Assembly (NCBI GenBank): GCA_010093605.1
Contig: MU004186.1
Coordinates: 451,765-515,764 of the forward strand
DNA length: 64,000 bases
DNA from: Lophium mytilinum
Lineage: Eukaryota
Direction of reading: 5' to 3'
A program made the translations under genes and the position numbers. The first letter of the stretch is position 1. Every line of letters begins with the position of its first letter. The notes beneath the pieces were generated by a model that ran no database searches, was not told the origin of the DNA, and saw only the letters and a program-made list of their open reading frames with translations. This document shows, one piece after another, positions 51,762 through 62,320 of this stretch.

Positions 51762-54320
51762 ATGACTGCCCACCACTGGCACCCAGCCGCGCCGGGTGCC
51801 CACCAAGAGGGCACTATGCAACTTCCAGTTGACAACTCTCTCGCGTGGTTTGGGCCCCAACAGCCCCAGCCGCTGAACGGTGAGGAGGATCCCAGCCCAT
51901 ATGCCTCGACCCGCCCGCAGCAACCAAGCACAGCACCACTCTACCTGCCACCAGGCGGTCCTGGACTACCTGTCATCCCGTGGGCGCTGTCGTACACAAG
52001 CCATGCTCAAGAGGTACCGGGAACGTCCACGGGACTTGCGTCTTTTCCAATTGACCTGCCAGAACAGACGTTCCAGCAACCCGGCTTCAGTGGAGTCGAG
52101 TACCCAGGCTTCCAAGACGATGGATATGGATTCGGCATGGACTCTACCTACATGCGGAGAGGAGACGATAGCCTTGCCATGTCCGTTGAGACTAGTAGAG
52201 AAATAGAGGTAGATTCTCACCCGTCAAGGACCCGATATCACAATGCTAACCCCCAGCAGCATCACCCCATCAATGCCTTCGAAACACTCCCCTATGCCTC
52301 ACATTCTCCCGATTTCGTGTCACCTACTCACCCCCTGCAACAAGCGCCGTTCCTACGCCAGCAGCAGTATCAGCCGCAGCCGCCCATAAGCAGCCAACCG
52401 GACAATGACACAACTCTCATGCCTACGCAACACTACATTGAGCATTGGAGCCACGCAAATACTGCTGGTGTGCCTGGCCATCTGGCCAACAGTGCAGGTA
52501 GCTTATCTAGCACGTCGTGGGGCATGGTTAGTGGCGTGCCGAGCGCCTCGAACACGCCCATACACGAAAAGTCTTCCGATTCCGATGACCAAGAATGGGT
52601 CAACGTGGATGGCCTTCGATCAAGTCACACAGCGTCTCACTCGCCCTTACAAAAAGTTGAGACAGCCACCTCCTACTCGCCACCATTTTTCCCTCTTCAA
52701 TCACCCGCACAAGCCATCAGCGAGGAACAAACTTCATCAAGACCCAAGCTTCCCAAAGTCGCTTCTTCTTTTACCCAGCGAGCAACAAAATCCAAAGTTT
52801 GTAAACGTAAAGGCAAGATGAGTGATGAGGGCCGCGCTAAGGCTGCTGAGATGCGGAAGAATGGGCCGTGTATTCGTTGCAGGCTGTACAAACTTGGGGT
52901 ATGGTGCAGCCTTCCAGTGCGCCCGATTTTCTTACTGACGAGCGTAGTGTGACGGCAACAATCCCTGCAAACGATGCTTGAAGGTCACCGACAGCGCCCG
53001 CTCTTTTTTGGAGCCATGCTCGAGGGCGAATTTGGACTCTGTCAGTCTTGTTCGACACAGTAAGGCCTGCTCTTTAACTTTATTTTATCTCAGCTGACGT
53101 TATATGCAAGGCAACGGGCGGTTCAATCAAGTCAACGTTACCTACAAGAACTATCGCTGGATCAACGTGGACGACAGGTGCCTTAAAATGGATATCCAAT
53201 GGAATCTGCCCGGCTCCATTCCAATTCGAGGGTCCAGAATTCCTGTCCATTTCCGCAATTATCTAGAAGACCCGTCAGATGACTTGAATACCACTACATA
53301 CCACTGGCAAGTAGGGGGAAGCCCTAAGAAAATCAAGCTGCCGCCATATGCCATATACGATACCGGATCGTTAGTGAACGACGTCGAGACCTTTATCGCC
53401 GATAACCAGTTAGAAATGGAAAGCTGGATCATCAATCGTTCGCACAGCGACCCTTTGGCGACGATTACTTATGAAGAAGCAATGAGGTATCGTTCAAATC
53501 CCGGAAGCTCCATGATCGCGATGGCTCTCCAAATGCAGTGTGGTGCAATCATGTCCCAGGGCTTCGGCTCTGCAATGAATGGGGATATTGACGATATTGA
53601 CAATGTTGATTACCGCCAATTCGGGGAATGTGGCTACTCTGCATACGATAGGAACCTTGATCGACCAATCCCGCAGGCAATGGGTCACCAATTGGATGTT
53701 GCTATTCTCAAGTACATCAACAAGGTGCAGAAAGATCTCCTAAAAGAGATTCGAAGGAAGATATTTCAACCTGGCATCAAGCCGTGGTACGAGCTGTTCC
53801 TGACGTTTTTCATCTTGCTCTCCAACCTTGAGTACATTCATGATGGAGCATTAGGATACCTCAAATCCAAAAGGAGGACGGTAAGCGTCCCTCGCTATTT
53901 CCGGCTCTTGTTTCGCAGTATTGACTAACAGCTATGCAGATGCTCGAAAGTCAGGTCAGCTATGTGGTGAAGAGTCAGGTACAGGAGTGGGAATTTTCTG
54001 CTGGAGTTATGCTTCAACATTTCCGCTGCGTACTACGAGGCTTCTTGCCTTTTCAGTTGGCGCGCGACAACCTTGATGAGCTCATTCGTCAGGCAGAGCT
54101 TGATTCGACTTCTGCTCACTATGTCACAGAAGTCGTGCGTGTACTGGATCTGCAGCGTAAGTCTTGCCTCCTATCCTTCGACCATGCTTATCACTAGGTT
54201 CAACAGTACTAACCGCGACCAGGTGAAACCTTCGCCGAGAAGCTTGAAACGTCACCAACTACTGATATCAATATATCAGCCAAATGGATCCCACAGCTCT
54301 TCAACGAGGCATATGCTTGA
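51762..54320 (+). CDS. Zn(II)2Cys6 transcription factor with an internal zinc cluster, 4 introns
   Basis: Spliced cluster CIRCRLYKLG|CDGNNPCKRC...LEPC preceded by a basic region; disordered N-terminus; helical C-terminal domain (KPWYELFLTFFILLSNLEY); stop TGA 54318-54320. Start codon uncertain. Confidence 0.85.
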
Positions 54321-54675
54321 TCAGGAACCTTTCACGATTCAATTTTGTCGTCAAATCTCAGCGAGCTCCATCACCGAATGGCATGGAGACTATATGAGAC
54401 TCTCTAGGGCGATCTGTTTAGGGATGTAGAGCGACATCCAGTCTGCTAGATGAGAGTCGACGTCACTTGCATGCGATCAATACATCGAATAGAAAATCTG
54501 TCAGGTTGTCAAATTAGGATGATTACTAAGCGAAGTACAAGAGTAAGTTCAAACGTTCGTAAAAGTCGTCAAGAAAAGCTATGTAACGTCCAAGTAACTG
54601 ATCCAAATAGCCAAGCCGTGGGGATATCAAGCATCAGATAGCCACCATGTACGTCAATTGCAACTCGTGGTCGTT

Positions 54676-56179
54676 TCACCCGTGGCTCTCACGACCTGTG
54701 ATCTTCCGCCAGGGGTCCATATCGAGGATTGGAAGATTCTGTTCCCGACCCAACGCGAAGGGGTCTTCGAATTTTGGAAGATATCCGCGAGGTTTTCTCC
54801 ACGCGTTTTCAGGATCCCTGAGAAACATTCGCAGCAGGTGTCTTGCACTTCTGCCCTGGGATGGCTTTACACTGTAAGCTGAACGAGCATGCATGACGCT
54901 CAGATTATGGATGAATTGAATGTCTCCGTTTCGGCGATCGAGTCTTGTGCCGAAGCGGCGGGCTAGGCCTTCGACAACCTCTAGCGCGTACGTCTGATCC
55001 GTGGAAAGTGGTGGCATCGACTTTGACCTTGGAATCTTTGGACTTCCGAGCAGTGGCGCTTTCACAAGCTGGCAGATTGGCTTGCCTTCTGCCAGGAACA
55101 TTGCTGGCCCAAGCTCGAGATAAGGTTGCTTATGGATACTGTTCGATTCGACTTGTCAGTTTTCATTCCTAGAATTTATTGCTCGAGTGTACCTACGGAT
55201 GTTTCAACTCGAAGGGCCAATTTGCTGCCGCAAGAGTCTCCAACGCATCTGGCGCAACATCCAAGAGCTCGTTGTATATGCGACAGAAGCTTGCGACGAA
55301 CTGGTCACCGCCGCCGACACTGGAGCCGTCATTCCGTACATACAATGCTAGTACGTCTCCGGAGAACCTATCGGCGTGGAAGTCCTAATGTCTCATGGAT
55401 CAGCAACTGCTCTGAACTTCATTATTGCGCACGGACATACCATTGCTGTTGGGAGCTTTGATCCTGCCAGGCCCAGCTCCCGTGCCCAGTCGGGAACTTT
55501 GTCCCGAGTTGCGTCTCGAATGTGACCTAAATTATCAGCATACTGTCCCGACCATTCCATACAACGGTGAAAGCTCACTTAATGTTTGGTCGGCGAAAGA
55601 GTCTGTCGCCCTCTCAGGACACACATGAGAGGACACCCCGGCGAAAGCTATCACAGCTTCTTCGTCGTTGAAACCCGCTGCGTGCAAGCCTCGGACTACA
55701 ACCACGCCTCGACCATTGTGGATCTCGTTGCTTAAAGAACTCAACTTCTTGGCCAGCCCCAATTGTAATGGAAACGTTTCCTTGTCGATCCGACCCCGTG
55801 GCAAGCCGAGCACTATATGCTGTTAGCAATTCAACGGCCAATGCACATGGCACTCTCAACATCTCCAATCTGAAGTACGAGTGCGGTCTTCCAGAGTAGT
55901 CAATCTTGATTTTGGAGTAGTTCGCAATATCATAGCGTACGTCGGTCCGGTTGAGTTTCTCTTACATTTGAAAGAAATGACTGCTGCCCTGATATTCTCC
56001 ATCTCGTCCGCTTCTAGCTCCATAACATATTCTTCGGGTGTGAGTTCACTGCCATCCCACGCCGAACGACCGGTGACGGCCGGGGGAAGCGTGTCCGGTT
56101 GCGATTGAATCGACGTCGAGGAGGCGTGAGAGCGCAAGCTCTCCAAAGAAGGTCTCTCACTTAAGCTCGAGTCAGACAT
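54676..56179 (-). CDS. TauD/TfdA (clavaminate synthase-like) Fe(II)/2-oxoglutarate dioxygenase, 4 introns
   Basis: SAWDGSEL, EIHNGRGVVVVRGL, HxD in DFHADRFSGD, distal His in GDIQFIHNLSVMHAR, RHLLRMFLRD. Confidence 0.9.
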
Positions 56180-59100
56180 GGTCGCTTAAGAGAGTGGATA
56201 TTTGGAAGCTTATGAGACTAGTAGCCCAGGAGGTGGAAACGTTGGTTGCAAGCGAAACACCACAACTAGCCCTTCCATGGCCAAGTCTATATGTGCTCAG
56301 GCGATGCTCCTCCATGCGGACCGATAACCTGACTGGCCGACAGAGCCTCAAGTCGCGGAAGTCGAGCCGTCTCAGCACACCACTGAGAAAACGGTATGTT
56401 CCAATTTCTGTGCCACAACCAGGGATCGCATCCAATATGGCGTTTGGCCCGTCACTAGCCGTCAGCTGATGCTGCAGCGACGCGCTTTCCGGCAGATTAC
56501 TCGGTTGCGTTGATTGTTTTTTCTTTCTCTATTCGTTATCCAGTTATGTTCAGCAAGGATAGCTATCGCAGCACTTGATACGCATATCATCGATACCGCC
56601 CACTAGCTCCGATTTCCGGTTCCACCAACACGTTATCACTGTCGTTTTGATATACCCGTCCATAGACCAGCCTCCATTGACCCACATGTTCTTTTCTTGC
56701 TGCAAGATCGCCGCGGAGCCCTGGCTTACTGCTGGCTGGCTGCCGATGGAGCTGCCTCGGTCTCTCTTTCATGATGCAGGGCGAGGTCTGGCTGGTGCGC
56801 TTGCAGCCTGACAGCTTTAGGCCGGCGTTGGAAGCGTGGCTGCTACTGATTGCGTGGGCCGGGCATCGCTGGCAGCCTTATATCAAACCACGCACCCTTG
56901 TGCCCTCCCGAGCACTGGCAATCGGCGGCGATCAAGGCGTTTTCCAGCGAGGTGGTCCTGATCTGGGGTTCCTCGATGTCCAGCTCAGCACGAGCTCCGG
57001 CAGACCAGGCAGCTCGCCGCGCACGTCTTGGACAGGCCATGGAAGGTGGCATCGGTTAGGTCCAGCAGCTGCTGAAGCCCCGCTGTGGCAGCTCAGCAGC
57101 AGCCAATGCATCATGCCTTGCCTAGATCGTCGCGCGTCCGGCGCTTGCTAGCATGATGCACGCCTGCATACCCATGTGCAGCCGTTTTCCTCGTTGCTCT
57201 GTTTCCCACCATCCCGCGTGGGGTCTGCCACTGCTCCCCAATACCAAGGAAGCCCTCACACTCCTCGGATCCAGCTCCACGATGATAAGGCGGTGCACTT
57301 CTCAGTCTGACATACATAGGGCTGTCAACTGCCTAGTCAGCCTCGATATTCCTGGCTGCTGATTGATCCCGGCTCGTTCCCCACCACGAGTAATGTGCAT
57401 AAAGTCAAACCTCTCATTGGACGATCCACCGAAATTGTTGGAAAAGCCTTCCTCTTTGTCCAATTGGCTGCGATTATCACCGTCGCGTCGACGAATCCGG
57501 CCACACTCCGAAAAGTCGACATCCTTTCCTTCTCCTCCAAAGACTGTCGGCACCACCTTCCACTACTACTGGCTATGTCCACGCACTGGAGCGATACCGC
57601 CTCATTCCGGGATTGTCCAGCGGGTTATTCTCCGCTCTACAGCTGCAGTACACCATCACGAAGCACCCATGTGGAGCCGATCACCTTGCATGCTGTCATG
57701 CTGGACCATCAGCATTGCATTATCCCGGACAGGGACCTGTCTCTAGCCTATGTGGACTTCAAGCTTCTCAGAAACACTAGAGCTTTAGCCTGCGCGATAG
57801 TTTCCTGTTGCTGCACCACTCGGCTCAGCTCGCCACCAACTCGCTCTCACGACAATCCTCTAGTGCGCTGTCAAATGGCCACCATCGTCGCCACAACGGG
57901 GCCAATCCCGAAGGTCCCATACGGCCAACGACCTCTGCCCTCACCTCACCTGCACCGCCCATCACATCCTCAACTCAAACACTCACCGAAGACCCCTGTC
58001 CTCCCCAATGCGCGCTGTCGTGCATGGGCTTTGACAGATGCCGCGCAGACTACTTTTCCCCCGGCCGGCTCGGATGCGTATTCCCGCCCTAGCAGCGCAT
58101 TCCAAAGTCCCGTAGCTGGCAACTCGCGCCTAAATCAAAAACCCGCCAAGCCCCCGTGCCGCGCCCCACGTTGTTCTTCCAGGCCACTGGGAGCGTTCCG
58201 TCGTCCCGTCCCGCGTCGCGCGCCGATACCGACCGAGGCTCTCCGTCCCGGCCCACACCTCGTCTCGTCGTACCTTGAATACGGCTGCGAGACCCCGTCT
58301 CGTGTTTGACAGGCGACGGTGCGGCGAGTGATGCTGGTGGGCTGCGGGAAGCCCGATGCGGACGGGGGCCAAGGGCGCGGATTGGCGCGGCGCGGTGGCT
58401 GTGAGCATGATGATGGCCAGAGCGAGGGTGTGTGTGAGGGGTGGTGGACTCGCCGTCGCAGATGACGACGGTCGGGTGTGTGGGTGAGGCGTGAGTGCTG
58501 GCAGGTGAGCCTGTCGTGGAGAGAGTGAGGCGGGATGCGGAGACGAATCCGGCCGCTCTTGCACTACCCACAAAACGACGGTCTGAGCTGAGCGGCCGCC
58601 GTGGCTGTATTGGTAATCCATTTGAATGTGCGGATGGCGGACCAGCCTGGTTTGCTGGATCGGTGCGTTGGTCGTTGTTGGTTGGAGGAACCACTTATAT
58701 TTTGAGGATATATTGGCCAATCGGGGGCTCGGCTTCTCCGCGGACGCGGGCCTGTGGGAGTTCGGGCCGGGAGACGAGGGCGGGTAGGCTGTGGCCAGTG
58801 GACTGGCGCTGTTAGTGTAGATCTGGGTGAGGGGAGGGAGATGGCACGACCGGGTTGGTGGGATTAACGGGCCGATGAGACAGCGAGCTTCAGGCTATGT
58901 TAAAGGAACGGTTTGGCAAAATAGGTCTCTTTCGTTGACTCTATCTCAGTTTGAATCTAGTTTGCGAGTATTTGCTATTTTCCCTGTTCAAATTAGAGCC
59001 CTGGTCGAACAAAAATCTCTGCGGAATACCCCTGAGTGCGGGTTTACATGTCGTGTGTTTCGAAACCCAGGCGAAACACTCCAGCCGAGCATACTTCTCA

Positions 59101-59505
59101 CGTCGATATTCCATCCTATCTATGTTTCTAAACCTCTAGCCATTATTCATATGAGACAGTAGCGATGATGAACCTTTTATATTGCCCACCTAACTCTAAT
59201 TCTCATAACTCATCGTCTCCACTAACTCTCAGCCCCATCTCATCCCTCCCAAGGAATCTCTAACCCCATCCGAATTTTCTTGCAAAACGCGACCGACAGC
59301 TGGAGAGAGCTTCTCTTCTCGTCGGGAAAGTGCTACGCCTGCCTCAGCAACCAGAATAGTCTTACTGAAAGCGCTTTCGTACAGCGAGCAAACGAACACC
59401 CTCCTGGCTGAGTACCGGCTGTGCGACTTTCCTTCCCGCAAAATGGAAGAGCGCCTGGAAAAACGCCCTCGGCACTGTCAGGGTATGTTCTTTATCACTC
59501 TTATA

Positions 59506-59993
59506 ACTTCTTTTACTCCTAATACTCTCAATACTCCCAATACTCTTAATACTCCCAATACTCCCAATACTGCCATTACTCCCAATACTGCCATTACTCC
59601 CAATACTGCCATTACTCCCAATACTGCCATTACTCCCAATACTGACATTACTCCTATTACTCCTATTACTCCTATTGCTACTATTACTTCTATTACTTGT
59701 ACTACTACTATTACCCCTATTACTGCCTTTACTGCCTTTATTTACTTCATTAACTTTATTTACTTCATTTACTTTATTTACTTTATTTACTTTATTTACT
59801 TCATTTACTTTATTTACTTCATTTACTTCATTTACTTTATTAACTTTATTTACTTCATTTACTTCATTTACTTCATTTACTTCATTTACTTCATTTACTT
59901 CATTTACTTCATTTACTTCATTTACTTCATTTACTTCATTTACTTCACTAACTTCACTACTTTAACTCCCATTACTCCTACTACTCCCATTAC
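59506..59993. repeat. AT-rich compound minisatellite with 9-bp periodicity
   Basis: Units ACTCCCAAT; four perfect 18-mers ACTGCCATTACTCCCAAT (59569-59640); ACTCCTATT; ten perfect TACTTCATT (59851-59940). G is almost absent on the + strand. Confidence 0.95.
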
Positions 59994-61527
59994 TCGGCAG
60001 TTCCTGCTTCCGCGGCCTAGCTCATCCTACACCCCACGGCAGACCCCACTTCCTGCAAGCTGTTTCTCTCACTCCTTGTTCCATCGCCCCTAGCTCTATC
60101 ACTAGCGACGAGGCAAGAGGCCAGGCCGGGGTTAGTCTCCAGATATCTCGCGCCGCAAATGAATAGCTATTGGAGCGGAACTATGCGCAGAGCTAGAATA
60201 TTTCGCTCGCAATGGGAGGCATCTACCGCCTGTCGCAGAGCGGGAGGGCTCGAGGTAAGCACTCGAGTTGCGGCAGATGGAGCTCTTGCCGTGATGATGC
60301 AAAGAGTGATACTTTTGGCTGGAGTGGTGGTATTTGGACTGGAAGCGTGGTCAGGGGGTTTATTGGTTGGATAGACTGGCTGGGTTTGCGTGGAGGGCGG
60401 GACGGGATAGTGGGGATGTGATGGATGCTGAGCCGGGAATGTGGTTGATGTTACGGTTTTGCGTTACTAAATTGATCTTGGGTTGAGCGGCTTATTAGAA
60501 TATGCACGCGTAGGGGTTACGCGTTTGGTTGGAATGGTGACGTTTGGACCGGAGGCGTGGATAGCGGAGGACGGTTTTGTGATAGAGACTATAGGTAGGT
60601 GCACGTAGCGGGGCGAGGGTTTAGTAGCTTCAAGGAGATTTTTTGATCAGGAGCTGGAGGTGTTAGCACGTGGAGGTGTCACCTTTCCCATGTAGTAAAG
60701 GCAGCTTAGATTCAAGGCTCAAGCTCAAAGGGCGGTTGATAGTGGTACCTTCTAGGGGTAACGCTTTTGGGCTCTGTGCTGCTTACATCGTAGACTTGAA
60801 TAGTGGACGATGTTAACACATATAGGGGCCACGCTCTTGATTGATTTAGCAAATCTCAGGCCGAGAGCATGGTCAGTGTATTGTCGTAGAGGGAGGGGGG
60901 GGTCCCTTGATGTTATCTTTGTACCGAAGATCGTAGAGTGTAAGTACGGCTGATATTGGCATTCGCTGTAGGTATTGCAACACTTTTAGTCTTATTAGCA
61001 GCTTTTAGACCGGAAGCGTAGGTGTTTTATGCAAGTTGAGCCAGTGGTCTAATCAGTATTATGGGTGCTACTTGGGTTGAGAACGCACTTGGCATTGCGC
61101 GTGTAGTGAAGACGCTTTCGGTCCATTTGGGAGATGTTGACCGACAAGTGGAGTGGTTTTGAGCACACAACCTCAGACGGTGTCAGAATACACTACCACA
61201 TCATATTCGACACAGCCTGCCTGTTGTAGGATTTCAGCTTGGTTACAGTTTCACATATCTTCGGCTGCCATCTTCGTAGAGATGTGCCCTTGCCCATTAC
61301 AATGTCTCGTTATAGAAATCCCTACACTCGTTTACCGCTGCATGAGGAGCCTCATAGTATTTTTAGTACTCGAAATGAGATAGAAGTTCGGCATTTTGGA
61401 ATACTGGTAAACTCATGAGGCCACTCCAGACAGTGTCAACAGGGTATATTCAGATTGGAAGCGTGTGCGGTTTGTAAGAGTACATGGGAATCCTATGACT
61501 TAAACTATCCCCAGACGTTGTTCAACA

Positions 61528-61599
61528 GGTCGCGTGGCCCAGTGGCAAGGCGCTTGACTACGAATCAAGATATTACAAATTCAACCTCGTTGGGCCACC
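61528..61599 (+). pseudogene. tRNA-Arg(ACG) pseudogene or tRNA-derived fragment
   Basis: GGTCGCG TG GCCCAGTGGCAAGGCG (A box and D arm); anticodon arm CTTGA-CTACGAA-TCAAG intact; T loop/B box reads AATTCAAC instead of GGTTCGAN; 3' acceptor strand pairs poorly. Confidence 0.8.
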
Positions 61600-62037
61600 T
61601 CAGGCGGTAGTACTACATACAAAGGTGTAGTATGCTAACTACTACTCCTATATATGATTCTCATCTCAAGACCGTAGGGCTTCACCCGCTCGTTAGTAGT
61701 TGCAGTTAGGGATGAAGAATCTGGGAAGGAGTACGCGAGTAAATAGTTGTGGTTTAGGGACTTCTATTCACTAACTCTCATCATACGCCGTGTACCCCCT
61801 TTTTGTTCCTTCTTGTAACCACATAATGCACGTGAGCAAAGAGGAGAAGCCCCGGAACATCTGATCCATCGATTGTTGCCTCGCATGCTACGTGATCCCT
61901 TTCGCTACTTTTCGTAACTGCTAGTCTCTGTCTTCAGAACACTACATCTAAACTTTAATGAGTACTTCCAAGTCATAGACGCAAAACCAGAGACAAGCAT
62001 TGAGTGCGAGAGCAAGATCAACCCAATCAGGCTGAGG

Positions 62038-62177
62038 CAGGGCTCGGAATCAATCAACCAGAGGGTGCGATTGAATTGATCTCGGACCCCATATAGTACC
62101 GTGCACGGTGGCACGTCCCTACTGTTGGCCCGAGATCAACCAGAAGGTATGATTGAATTGATTGATTCCGAGCCCTG
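62038..62177. mobile_element. 140-bp hAT-type MITE with perfect 20-bp TIRs and an 8-bp target-site duplication
   Basis: GGCTGAGG|CAGGGCTCGGAATCAATCAA ... TTGATTGATTCCGAGCCCTG|GGCTGAGG (duplication at 62030-62037 and 62178-62185). CAGGG termini with an 8-bp TSD are the hAT signature. Confidence 0.88.
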
Positions 62178-62320
62178 GGCTGAGGGAACGTAGTCTTGTC
62201 ACAGAAAAAGAGATTTATGCAACCCTTGGTATTACGACTGAAGACTGAAAATGCACGCCAAAGCTGCCTACCAAAGATATTGATACAAACTCCTCCGATA
62301 GCACAGCACGACCACCAAAC

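Noticed and set aside
57395..58720. 304-, 201- and 196-aa ORFs
   Set aside because: Overlapping on both strands, Pro/Arg/Ser-rich, no domain; expected by chance in GC-rich DNA.
59506..59993. CRISPR array or telomeric repeat
   Set aside because: No unique spacers; eukaryotic context; the unit is not TTAGGG-like.
59443..60093. 216-aa and 96-aa ORFs with TPN/IYF/TSF repeats as real proteins or RiPP precursors
   Set aside because: They are open only because the 9-bp unit lacks stops. There is no signal peptide, no Kex2-delimited core repeats and no DUF3328 neighbour.
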